Shown here in pieces: positions 38,346-50,844 of a DNA stretch of 64,000 nucleotides. This stretch comes from Takakia lepidozioides (Eukaryota > Plantae > Bryophyta): NCBI GenBank assembly GCA_030704615.1, contig CM060731.1, positions 87,420,001-87,484,000 of the forward strand, in the 5' to 3' direction. The notes under the pieces are model-generated. The model was not told the DNA's origin. It worked only from the letters and a program-made list of their open reading frames with translations, and did not search any database. The stretch's first letter is position 1; each line of letters opens with the position of its first letter. The translations under genes were made by a program, and so were the position numbers.

Positions 38346-39049
38346 CTGCTGCTCGCTTATGGAAGCCCTTTCGGGGCTTTACTGGCTGTTGTAGGATATT
38401 ATCAGGCCCCGGTGCCGTGGTTGCAAGCATAACCTTAGCTCAGGCTGTTTGTCGAAATTTACAAATTCCAAAATGTATTGTAGATAAACCTTGCATTGTC
38501 AGTGAGGATCCAGGACAGTTGAGAGTAGTAAGTAAGATTAGAGGCTTTTTAGAGCAGCAACCAAAATAGCCCGTGCTTCTCAAACGGCCTCTGCTGTAAG
38601 CCCTGCACCTGTGTATGGAATATAGAAGGAGCGGTAAAGTGTTTCCGCTGTGTAGAAGTGAGCATGTTTGCAGGTGTTAGGTGCGAATGCCTGAGTGAGA
38701 ACAAGTTGCCGGCAAGCTGCAGTGATGTTTTGGCACACCAAGGATTAAGAGAATGGTACTGTGTTGTTTGTGGTGCTCTCACATCTGGTAAGAGTGAAGC
38801 TTGCAGATCTTTTCAAGTTCCAATCACTTGTCCAGGAGGGCGTGTGTCGAAGAGCAACCAGATTTGACTGCCATGCCAACACTTTGGAAAACTGGTTGTC
38901 CATGGTCTTTTGAAGAGCAAACAGAAGGACCATTGGGCTGATATTGTTGTGTTCGTGCTATTGTTTGCACTTGCAAGATGACAAGGTGGATGGGATGAGG
39001 CAGGGACTAACAAAGTTTATATTCTTTTGCTTGTGTAGCCTCGTGGCTG

Positions 39050-42000
39050 AGAGAGATTGTACTCATAAGACGTTGTTTGCCGTAGCCTTGTGGCCATTGA
39101 CCCCGCGCCCAGTTTGAGCGGGAACAAAAGGGACAGAACCTACCTCTGTCAGGGGCTGACGTTGGTAGTAAGACTTACCTCCATATAAAGAATTAATCCG
39201 GGTTTTCCAGATATCCTCTAGAAATCCCTTCACACAAGCATCAATCTGCTGTGTGTGATTTGCCCAAAAACTAGGCCTCAGGAGGGCCTGGGCTTTTGGC
39301 TCAGCCTCGAGACTTTCAAAGTTGGTAAACAGGGGTACAGGCACAATTCCCTTAATAGATTTGAAGAGAGCGTCTCTTTGGTGAGAGAACCCCGGACAGT
39401 GTATCAGAAAATGAATACTGTCTTCAGATTGCCCACACAACGGGCAATTGCACTCTCCCTTTCCTCTCTGCTTCTGTTTGCTGTTCAAAGGTAGGCTTCC
39501 TGCCCTGAGTTTAAATTTCAGTCTAGTGCCTAGTGTGGGTAGACCCTTGAGGTCATCCAAGATGTCCTCCCCCGTGTCACAGACTGGAAACAAGTTCAGG
39601 GAAGTTTTCTGCCGAACTTCATTTTTATCAGACAATCTCATGGCAACAGACATGGCTGAGGACACTACAGCCTCTAAGTCAGATTTATCCAGCAGGGTCA
39701 AGACTTGCGGATCCAGGTCCAGGTCTTCTACTCTCTTCTGCCAGGACTTAGCCTGTTTGACAGGGCGGTCCTGTTTCCAAGATATAGAGTCGATTAACTT
39801 AGGATATCTGGTGTTGGGCATGGTTTTCTTAACCTCAGAGTTGACCCCTCTGCAGTGGAAATATTTAGTGAGCCCCAGAGCTTTGCTCTTGCCAGTTTGA
39901 ACAACTTTCCGGATATGTGCATCCCAATTACAATTGGAGGAGAACTCAACGCCCAGGTAAGTGTAGGAAGGGAGGACCGGAATCTCTTGGCTACCCCACT
40001 GCCACTTAAGATCACTTCCTCCCTCTCCTCTGTCGTTGAATGCTACCATTGCACATTTGCTGACATTAGCCTCTAGCCCCCAAAGATCAAAGTATCTCTT
40101 CGCGCAATCAATCAACTCTTGGAGATTGGTTGGAGTCTCCTCTATGCTTGAGAAGTCATCCATAAACATAAGGGCTGGTGTGGTGGTATCACCCACCCTT
40201 AACCCAAATCCCTCACTTTCCACATCCTCGAGGAGTTGATTGATGAAAACATTGAAGAGCAGAGGGGAGAGAGTACATCCTTGAGCTACACCTTGGTCTA
40301 TGTCAAAGAAGTTGGACTTCCGTCCGTTAACAGTGAAATAGCTTTTGGTGTGAGCATACAAGTTGTGGACAACTCTCCACATCTTTCCCTTGATCCCACA
40401 AGATGAGAGGCGGAACCATAGGCCATCTCTCGACACTGTGTCATAAACAGGGCGGTCTTGTTTCCAAGATATAGAGTCAATTAACTTAGGATATCTGGTG
40501 TTGGACATATGTTGCAGTTGACCTCACCATTTGACCTTGAATTCATCTCGTCGGGAGCTTAAGGACGGGATGCCAAACTTACCCTGAACAGCCACATTGG
40601 CTGTTTTGGAGCATGCTGAGCACTCCTTATGCACCCCCACTTGAATGGATTCTAAAGACTTAGCCTGGTTGGAGTTATCAACCCATATTGCAGATACGTA
40701 CTCCAAGGCAGGTCTAATAACGCGACAAAGCATGGTTCTCTTAACCCCTAATGGGCGATGCGACCCGTTTCGGGTCGTGTCAGAAATCAGAAATCGATTT
40801 GCCGGATGACCTCGGATGAAAAAACTTTCTGAATGAAAGTTCTTTATGGCACCCTAAAATAATAAAAGCATTGCAGTTAGTAATATTTTTAGTGTGCAAG
40901 GGTACCCAATTCAGGACCCTCCAGCAGCTTTGACCTGCCGACGTGGCAGGATATGGGTGGCCTATACCATGAAAATTCATTTTGCATGTAGATAGGTTAG
41001 AATGCTTCCAAATTTTTTATGGTAGTGAGTTTCCATGCAAGGAACAATATGACCAGAGAAATTCACATTGTGATGAAAATTTGGACACTTATGAGGCAGA
41101 TTTGGGGTCAATTGTAATGGATGGTCTTTTTGACCCACCTATTTTCCCTCATGTGGTTTTGGAATTCGGTTCTGGGAATTTTGGCCCAAGGTGCTATACA
41201 TGGTAGGCAATTAGAATGTGAGTATGCTGTATCAATGAAAATTCATTTTGCCAGGCCAATTGCTTAGTCAAACCATTTTTTCATTTCAAAACTAGAGCAC
41301 AGTAAACATTTACAACTTGCATTTTTGTTATAATCTTCATAAAGACACGGTGAAATCAACTGAAATTTTTACAGTAGGTTCCTGAAGTAGGTAGGATTAC
41401 TTTCATACGGTTCATCCCCCTGGATGTTTGTCAAATGTCAGATATGCATTCAAACATGAGGGCATGTTCCGTTTTGGAATGGGCCTACCAAAAACGGGCT
41501 CGTCCTTTAGGGGTTAACCTCAGAGTTGACCCCTCTGCAGTGGAAAATTTTAGTGAGACCTAACGCTTTGCCCTTGCCAGTTTGAACAACTTTCCGAATA
41601 AGTGCATCCCAATTACAGTTGGAGGAAAACTCAACGCCCAAGTAAGTGTAGGAAGGGAGGACAGGAATCTCTCGGCTACCCCACTGCCACTTGAGATCAC
41701 TTCCTCCCTCTCCTCTGTCGTTGAATGCCACCACTGCACGTTGGCCTCTAGCCCCCAAAGATCAAAGTATCTCTTCGCACAATCAATCGACTCCTGGAGA
41801 TTGGAAGGAGTCTCCCCTATGCCTGCAAAGTCATCCGCAAACATAAGGGCTGATATGGTGGTATCACCCACCCTTAAGCCGAATCCCTCACTTTCCACAT
41901 CCTCGAGGAGTTGATTGATGAACACATTGAAGAGCAGAGGGGAGAGGGTACATCCTTGAACTACACCTTGGTCTATGTCAAAGAAGTTGGACTTTTGTCC

Positions 42001-43114
42001 ATTAACAGTGACACAACTTTTGGTGTGAGCATACAAGTTATGGACAACTTTCCACATCTTTCCCTAAATCCCACAAGACCAAAGGCAGAGCCATAGACCA
42101 TCTCTCCACACTGTGTCATAAGCCTTTTTGACATCCAAGAAAAAAACATAAGTGGGTTTCCCTTCTTTTTTCCTTCCCTGGATAATCTGGCGTAGAGTGA
42201 AGATATGATTGACACAGCCCCTGTTACACCGAAAGCCAGCTTGGCCTTTGTGGAAACAACCTCTAGATTCCATATCAACCTCGAGACGAGTACTTATAAG
42301 TTTGCAAATATCTTGCCAACAGCATTGAGGAGCGTGATGCCACGGTAGTTCCCCGGTTCTTCTTTGTCACCCTTCTTGTATAGATTGACAACGACCCCTT
42401 GTTGCTAGCGAAAGGGGATCATTTCAGTCTTCCAGATAAGGTTAAAGAGGAGAACTAGGGCCTCTGTCATGGGATCGTCACCGTGCTTGATAAGCTCGTT
42501 GACTATGCCATCAGGTCCACCTGCTTTATATACATTTAAATGTTCAATTGCTTCCACAATCTCAGAAGAACTAATGGGAGCGTTGTAAGCCTTTGAAATA
42601 TACTCCAGTTCATCAGGGCTGTTTTGAACCATAGGAACAGTTTTTCCAACTGTCCTTCCATTCATCAGAGGACCCCTCATTGTTAGACCTAGAAGCTCAG
42701 TCAAGGATACTGTAGTGAGTTTCAAAGGTTTTGACAATGTCAACCAATGAAGTCACCACTGCACCCTTAGTAGTCTTCAGCGCTTGTACTTGCTGACAGC
42801 TTTTCGGCTTGTACAAACGTTGAAGGGCCAACCAGAATCTCTTGTCATTACCACCATGGTGGTTTGAGTTTATTTCACTAAATAACTTGTCCCAGTATAA
42901 TTTCTTCTGAGACCTTACAAGCTAATTGATATCTTTACGGATCTGATAGTACCTCGCCCACAATTCTTTGTTGGTTTTCAAATTGCAGCACTCTTTATAG
43001 AGGACTTGTCTCTCAGCTATCTTGAGTTCAATCTCATTGGTCCAATCATTAACAGCTCTACCGCAGACGATTAGTTTCCTCCCAATGATCTTGTTAGCCA
43101 CAGAGGAGACGAAA
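39050..43114 (-). mobile_element. Rearranged pair of LINE copies of the same family, with the RT region partly duplicated
   Basis: KAGGPDGIVNELIK, NYRGITLL, QAGFR, FLDVKKAYDTV, QGCTLSPLLF, FADD; 3' end GAGTACAATCTCTCTC at ~39048-39064; 3' 550 bp nearly identical to 27341-27886. Confidence 0.9.
40745..41513. mobile_element. Non-autonomous piggyBac-like element (769 bp) inserted in the LINE
   Basis: TTAA duplicated at 40741-40744 and 41514-41517; TIRs CCCCTAATGGGCGA / CCCCTAAAGGACGA; the empty site CTTAACCTCAGAG is present in the sister LINE copy at ~39828-39840. Confidence 0.85.
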
Positions 43115-43869
43115 GAAGTTATGCCATGAGCAGGCTCACGCTTTGCACATAATGCGTAAGCAGATTTGATTAAGCGTGAGCAGAAAGAAGAAGCAAAGCC
43201 TATAACCGTGGAAGACCATGGGCCCTATTACCATGGATGCAAAGTGAAGTGAAATGCTTGCAGAAGAGGGGAAAATGCTACACTTCACACGAGATATAGT
43301 GGACTCGGAAGTGCCCAAAACAGATAAACTCAGAACTTCGAAGTGCAAGCCAACCAATGCAAAACTTGGAAGTGGTCAGAATTATGCTTGCTTTAAACCA
43401 AACATAATTCAGAGCAAGCCAATGCAAAACTTGGAAGTGTCAGAATTATGTTTGCTTTAAAAGCAAGCATAATTCAAACCACATAACCGCAAAACTTGCA
43501 AGTGGCCAAAACATTGTAATCTACAAAACAAGCATGGGGGGCTGGTGGGCGCCTATATAAACCATTCCCCCCTCCTTTTCTGATCACTTTTGCCCCTCTC
43601 GTGGTGCGGTTCTTTGGCATCCTGTAGTCCTTTCGGACTTCATTGCTTGGCACTGCCAACGGGAGGTGCAAATGTGATTTCTTTTTTTTGTTGGTTTTCT
43701 ATTGGTCAGTCCCACACCCTTGTTCACGGTTCAATCATCGTATCACCATTTTGCCGTTTTCGGATCTCCAGCAGCCTGTTTTTTCGCAGAAACTACGAAG
43801 ACGCCATCCACACGCGTCCATTGCCATTTTCTGAGGTTTTGTCCCATGTAGTGGGCAAAAGTTTATACA

Positions 43870-45200
43870 ATGTCGGGGGTTGTGAATTCAAGTTCTGGGG
43901 CGGGGTCGTTTGGGGGTCGGAGAAAGAAAAAACATGCCCACGAGCGGGATAGCCAGGTCAACAAGCCAGACTACCCGAGACCAAATGCCTTGGATAGGGT
44001 GAAAGAAGTGGTAGTGGATTATTTCAAGGGTAGGGACATGATGAGGCTAGAGAGTGCTTATGTCAGGCATGGATGGGAGGGGTTTCAGACTTTCTAGCAG
44101 AATATGGAGAGGAAAATGACGAACGCTTTGGCGGGGGTTAAGTGGACGGCGGACAGGGACAAGCCGAAGTTCAATCGGTGGATCCAAAGCAGGGCGAAAG
44201 ACGCCACGTGGAAATTGAGGCAGCTAATGAAGACATGGAAGGGTAGAACAACCGAGGGTCGAGTGCCCTCCGCCGAAGCTGAGTTAATGCGGCGTGTTGA
44301 GTATTGGGCTTGCTCAGCAAGTCAGAATTCACATCGCCGGACTAGGGTTGTCCCTTGGAAGGCGGGGTCATCGGGCGGGGGAGGCACAACTGGTCTTTAT
44401 TACGTGAAATCTAGTGCGAAGGTGGTAGAGATTGGCCCTTACAAAGAAGGAGGGTATGCTAAGGTCCGTCAACATAATGATGAGTGTTTGGCAGTGAAGT
44501 TCCAGCATCCAGGTGTTATCTCATATTTTGCTGTGAATACACGTGAGGTAGAGGGTTACACTCGCTGGTGGAATGGGGGGACAATACGTGACATGATGAA
44601 CCTTGACAGAAAATGGGGCAACGATTCGGACAATAGGGTGATTTTGGAACAAATGGGAACAAAAACAGAGTTCCAGAAATACGATATTTCCGGAAAGTGC
44701 GACAAGATGTTGTCGGGGGACAAGTCGTTGTATAGGGAGTCGTTCTTGTGGACAGCATCCATGATGCACACCAGTGCCCCGATGAGATCAAGATTGGGGT
44801 ATGTGATTGGGGCTTAGCCACCCCATTGGGCATACGCAAAACCTCGTCGTACCAGTTTGAAAACCAAGACAAGCTGGACCGGGAACTCGCGAAAAGATGG
44901 TGGGTGGAAAAAGATATTGCATCGGTTTTCAATGCGAATGCCACGCCCCTGCCCCCAGGACATGACGTCGGAGGCCTTTGCCGTTGGGAAGATAACGGTA
45001 TGAATAAATGGCGGCGCTCATTATGATCAAAGTATGTTCGAGGACCAATTTTCGGGAGGTTGTTGGCATTCAATGCTACAAAGGTTGTACGACAACAACA
45101 AGAATGAGATAGTCACATTAGCCCATGTAGTACTTAGGTTCATGGGCAAGCCATTCAATTGGCCTGAACCGAAAGACGTATATAGGACGGAGTAGACCAT
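43870..45200 (+). pseudogene. Protein kinase-like pseudogene with an internal micro-inversion
   Basis: EGGYAKVR (Gly loop), HPGVISYF, WWNGGTI, inverted HKNDSLYNDLSPDNIL (catalytic loop), IGVCDWGLA (DFG-equivalent); stops and deletions; TATA-like CTATATAAA at ~43554. Confidence 0.75.
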
Positions 45201-45399
45201 AGTCTCGTAGATATGAGATTTGTGGCAGTACAATGGTTCTTTTATGAAGACAGAACTCAATTTTGATCGTGCATGTAATAAATAAAGTCTAGTTGTAAAT
45301 GCTACATTGTATATGTTCGACCCTGACACCTGTTATCGCAACATAAATGGTTTGTGTATTGTCTCACTGTTTATATTTGTAATGTTCTAACATGGCTGA

Positions 45400-45710
45400 T
45401 AGGGTTCTGAGAAAACGATGTATTAATTCTGTATGAGTTAAACAACTAACGTCCCACATCTCATTCGAATGTGCGACACTACCATGTGAGGCATGAGTCT
45501 GTAAGTAACATGTGCACATGCGACCTTCGAAGTCCGAACGTTCGATACAAGGTCCAGCAAATGCTTTGCTGGAACGTCCCGAGGTCGCATATACATTTGT
45601 TACTTATTGACTCATGCCTCACATGGTAGTGTCGCGCATGAGAATGAGATATGGAACGTAAGTTGTCTAACTCCTACGGAACCAATACATCGTTTTTCTC
45701 AGAACCTTCA
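45400..45710. repeat. Long imperfect inverted repeat, arms ~130 bp
   Basis: GGTTCTGAGAAAACGATGTATT..GCGACACTACCATGTGAGGCATGAGTC pairs with GACTCATGCCTCACATGGTAGTGTCGC..AATACATCGTTTTTCTCAGAACC. Confidence 0.9.
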
Positions 45711-46109
45711 GAAACGTTGGAACATTGGATCATACAAACAGTGACACAGTACACGGCCGGTTTTGTTGAAATGACATCTATGAGGTTTGAGCATATGCAA
45801 TTTATTATTTACAACGGAACTTTATTTACTCGGGGGACCGGTACTGCTGCAGGAGCGCAACTGATGGTGTCATGGTGCGGAAGAGGTGCATTGGCCACAT
45901 TAAACGATTGATGTGATACCATTTCATAAATGTATCACATCGCATTTGTGAAAATGTATCACATGAACCGCTCCATGTGGCCTACGGGAGTCTTCGATGG
46001 GTACGAAATCAATGTGGCCTACGAGATCAGCTTCCACCAACAAACATGTGATCATTTCAGAAGCGTTTGAAGCGACGATGGGCAAGGTTCTTCATCCAGA
46101 TGTTCAACA

Positions 46110-46420
46110 TGCTGAGGTCTTCTGTAATGTCTCTTGCTTCGTAATGAGGTGCTTCTCCAACTCTTATTTTTCCAATGTTGATATTCTCCATCTGGAACAT
46201 ATCCACACATGCGTATATAAATACTTAAAAAACCAAATGACCATCAAAATTGGAAGCTACGGATGAGGCTTATAAAAGTGGAGATGGTCATTTGCTTATT
46301 TAAGGATTTCTGCACACATATGTGATTTTGTTCCAGGTGGAGAACATCGACATATTGGATAAAGTGGACATGGAGAAGCACCGCATTACGAAGCAGGAGA
46401 CACTACAAAAAAAGCTTCAA
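46110..46420. repeat. Second long imperfect inverted repeat
   Basis: TGTCTCTTGCTTCGTAATGAGGTGCTTCTCCA..TTCTCCATCTGGAAC..AAATGACCATC pairs with GATGGTCATTT..GTTCCAGGTGGAGAA..TGGAGAAGCACCGCATTACGAAGCAGGAGACA. Confidence 0.85.
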
Positions 46421-46424
46421 AAGG

Positions 46425-47845
46425 CATACCATGTAACAGGTCCCGGTCTAATCAAAGACAAAACCCCATTCATTCAATGGGCGATTGAATGGTTGCCCAT
46501 CCAAATGATTTTCGTTTGTTTTCAATCTTTGCTACTTTGTTCAACATACCATGTATCAAGTCCCGGACTAATATGAGATCAATCGAAATTCATTCGATGG
46601 CTCAACGGATGGTTGGCCATCGAAATGATTTTGGTTCGCTTTGAGACTTGGCCAATATCTTCAATGTACCATGTAAGAGGCCCCAGAGTAATATGAGATC
46701 AATCGAAATTCGTTCAATGGGCCAACAGATGGTTGCTCATCCAATGATTTTCGTTCGCTTTGAGACTTGACCAGTGTGTTCAATGTACCATCTGATAGGT
46801 CCCAGTGTAATATGACATCAATTGTAATTCATTCGATGGGCCAATGAGGCGTTCACTTGTCATCTGGTTTTTGTTCATTGCGAAAAAACAAATCCTGCAA
46901 TGCGTGCACGGCTATTGCACCCATTGAACGGATGTGGTTGAAGCCCCTCTTTTGCCCGCGTGTGCTTGAACATGTGTGCACACATGTGCAGAGACACAAC
47001 AGACGAATAAATCATTTGCCTCTCCATCGACGCGCTCACCCCTCAAGCCATTCCAGAATTTAATTGAATTTAATTGAATTTTAAGCCAATAAATAGGTTT
47101 GCACAGCATTTCATTGGGGGTTTCTGGCACGTATCGATTTTGTTTTTGGCTCAATTTTGTTCTGCGGCTTCAAGCATCCCACCGCTACTCCCCCGCAAAA
47201 TTTGGACCAATAAAAAATATCCCAAAAAAAAATGTTCTCTTCGCTCACTATTGCAGAACTATCTATGAAGAGTGCAAGAAGTAGAATACAAATCAAGTTT
47301 GGAGTGCAAAACAGGGAATAAAACTGTGGTTTTGAGTCCAAATGAATTTTGTTCGTTCCCAAATCTGGCACACACGTTGCATATGGAGTCATTACACGCC
47401 CCATTAAAAAACAGAATGAAAAAAAAATCATGAGCACGCGAAACGCAGTCCAACAAGTCCCAAAGTAATAGCAGATCCAACGGAATACATTCAACGGGTG
47501 AACGGATGGTTGCCCATCCAAATCATTTTTGTTTGCTTCCAAACTTTGCCAGTACGTTCAAGACACCCTCTCACAGGTCCCGGACTAATATGAGATCAAT
47601 CGAAATTCATTCGATGGCTCAACGGATGGTTGGCCATTGAAATGATTTTGGTTCGCTTTGAGACTTGGCTAGTATGTTCAATGTACCATGTAAGTGCCCT
47701 AGAGTAATATGAGATCAATCGAAATTCGTTCAATGGGCCAACGGATGGTTGCCCATCCAAATGATTTTCGTTCGCTTTGAGACTTGGCCAGTGTGTTCAA
47801 TGTACCCTCTGATAGGTCCCAGTATAATATGAGATCAATCAAAAT
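46425..47845. repeat. ~120-bp tandem repeat in two blocks (~46425-46845 and ~47485-47845)
   Basis: AATATGAGATCAATCGAAATTC..CAACGGATGGTTG..ATGATTTT..TTCGCTTTGAGACTTG..TTCAATGTACC recurs about every 120 bp. Confidence 0.85.
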
Positions 47846-48329
47846 TATTTTGTGCTTCGAGAACTTTGTAGGTATGGTCGTCATACATAGAAAGATCATA
47901 GATTTTGCGAAATGATTATGAAATACGCAGGGATCAGGCGAAATTTGTTTGGAAGACGACCATTCGTAACTTGTTATAATTTATTAGTTAACATCAATTT
48001 TCTTTGTTTTCCAGCTTTCGGAGTTCATTGCAGATACCCACATACACGTCATGACCAAATATGACACCATTGTAAATTTGTTTACAGGGTGAATCACTTC
48101 TTCCCCATCACACGAGTGTAAATGTGAAGAAAATGTTGCTCATGCAATTGAAATTGGCAGGTACCGCACATATGCATTGTGTATTAACAAAATTGGTGAT
48201 ATACAAAATTGGCGGAATCTTATCACTGTGTTTTCCAACAATATTCAAGGTACAACAAGAATGCACATTGTCTATGTACTATGCTGCCAGACATTAAAAG
48301 CCTAGTCGTCACTGTCCGAGGAAGGAATG

Positions 48330-50557
48330 TGAGGTTGTGGCCTGATTTGCACTGCCAATAGGGTTTGTTTGCGACCGTGATCTCGTGGTCAATGAGGGGC
48401 CCAATGACATGTGATCAATTCTGGCCTACATCCACCTACTTCGCAGCGAAGGTTAACTTTCTTCTTCACTCTCACGACGTGGCGGAGGTGGATCGACAAC
48501 AAGTGCTCGGACTCCATGCAAATCGGCAACGAGGCCGTCCACATTCGGCAATATAGCCCCCGAAACACGATGATAACGGTCTGTCCATAGTCGCCTCCAT
48601 TGCTCTACAACTGCCTTGATGCTACTTTTGAAACTTTCCAACTGTTCTCGCGGGCCCTGTTCCTAATCATTGTGTCGTTTCGACGATAAGCCACCTCGTA
48701 CGCCTCATTCATTCAGCGTTGACATATTATAGCATCTTCCAGTTCAGACAACAACAAATGTCTCCCAATCGGTTCTCGGTTATACAATTCGTTCTCCTCC
48801 GACACCCATGGAACCTGTGGGAGCCGGATAAACCTGGACCTTCTCTGACTCCAATGCCCTCCCAGATTGCGGCAAAATTGCTCTCTCTCCCACCAATCGG
48901 GAATGCCTCCCGCACGTATGGTTATCTCCCAGTCAGATGTGACCCATAAATACTGGGGATCTTTGATGTATGTCGGGTTTTCAGCATGTATGTCATGCAT
49001 CTCTCTGTCTGCATCCCATACCAAGTTCTTGCCCCAATGCACACAATTCAGAAATATGAATGGTAGCCCATCCAATGGGAGGTTGTGTCGATTGTATTCA
49101 AAACCTATGGGCATCCGATCCTCCAAGCCAATCAGCTCATTGAAACGGCGATGGATTGGTGTACGGCATTCTGGGCAAACGCTCATCCGCAAGGCTTACT
49201 GGATAAGACATGTGAGATGAAACATATGTCCACATGATCCAAGTACATGACATCCCTCTGGGCCGTATGGATTCCTGCACATCGAACAAACTATGTCATC
49301 TGATATCCATGACGGCAAAACGCGTCATGGTATCTCCTCCCTCTGGGCCGGTTTGATGTAGTTGGTTATCTTTGTTGTGGTGTCTCACTTTTCCTCTATC
49401 TCCAATTCCCAGTTTATGCTTCTGTTTGACCCCGAAATTTTGTGCTCAATGCGGAGATCGTTATACCTTTGCATGTTGGCATAAATGCTATCCACATTAC
49501 GGTTCGACATGCGTGCAACACGTTGCAAGCCTGACAGTGCCCGCTCTACCCGTGCTTCTCTGGAGGCCAAATGGGTCGCCCATTGTACCCAATTCTCCCA
49601 ATCGCCATTCAATGGGACCCATGCCTGAATCTCCAATGTTTTGGACAAGCGCCATGCAGTTGCCATGACAATGTCCCGCTCCTTTGTAACGCGGTTGACA
49701 TCTGATATCGGATTCATCTCGGATTGAATGGCGACCCTCGAGCATTCCCCGGTTTTCAGTACCGGTTCTTTTCATTTCCTTCTTCTCTCATCCGCAATTC
49801 GTTGTTCCTCAACCATGGTTTCATCGGCCACAGGGTCAAGGACGTCCGTAATTTCGTGAATGATGAGGTCAATACTGCGATCGGGCATCGCAAACTCCAC
49901 GTCCACGTTTATTCGATCCTCATTGTGGACAACAATGTCTTCATTGTTTGAAGGCAGTCTTGCAATCTAGCTTCCAACTCGGCTATGCGCAGTGTTTGTC
50001 AGTCTAGTCGGTCTTGTAGGGTCCTGATTCGCTGGTCTCTTTCCGCCAGTTGTTCCTCTAACGTTGCAGCCGGTTGTATTCCAAACGTGTCCGGGATGTA
50101 CTCCAAATTGTATAGCATCCTTGCGTTCCTCCTACTAGCAGTTTGTCAATTCACTGGACGCAAGAGTATGACCTTCACGTACAACATGGCTGCCAAGGTG
50201 TACGGGATTTGGCCCTTTAAGAGAGGTTGACCCCACAATGTGCAATGCACCTCATTCGCCTTATGCTAGAAATGCAAGTTCGTGCAAGACCTGGACTCTG
50301 CGTAATTGTTTCGGGTTTGCACGTCATGCCTATCTAAAGGCCACAATCGATTGATGTGGTACCACTTCACGAATTTTTTGCATCTCACCATCGGCTTCTT
50401 CCGGAACATCCTCCCAGTCCTCTTCTGCTAGTATGTTAGGGTCACCATATACTTCCCAATTCAAGTCTTGCCTTGACCCTTTGATTTTCTTAGGGGGCGG
50501 TCCATGTTCATTAGGGTCATCTCTTCCATGACGCTCATCGTCCTGGTCCTCTGCCAT
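48330..50557 (-). pseudogene. RING-H2 zinc-finger protein pseudogene
   Basis: CSMC..CGHMFHLTCL..CPEC at ~49170-49290; acidic/NLS-like N-terminus (PPPKKIK); multiple stops. Confidence 0.7.
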
Positions 50558-50844
50558 TCTGCAACAATCGGAGCAACACTAAACGAGATTTACTAATAAG
50601 ACGTAACTCTAAACCCTTCATCCTAAATGACTTTGCGTAAGGTGTCAGAATAGTTCCAAAAAACTAATTTTGTAGAATAAAATGATCATGGAAGCCAGAA
50701 GAGGGCCTATGGGAGCATTCTGCAACGACCTCACAGAAATCGTGGCAAAAAATACCCCCCCATCCAACCAATGGCCTCCTTCTCCACGTGACTACGTGTC
50801 GTGGAATAATGAAATGCCACGCACACAGAAGTTGTGTGGAGAAG

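Noticed and set aside
39063-40508. 481-aa ORF as a functional RT gene
   Set aside because: It is a chimera of LINE pieces: junction KQDRPV|YDTV and a deletion at KKTM|PNTRY
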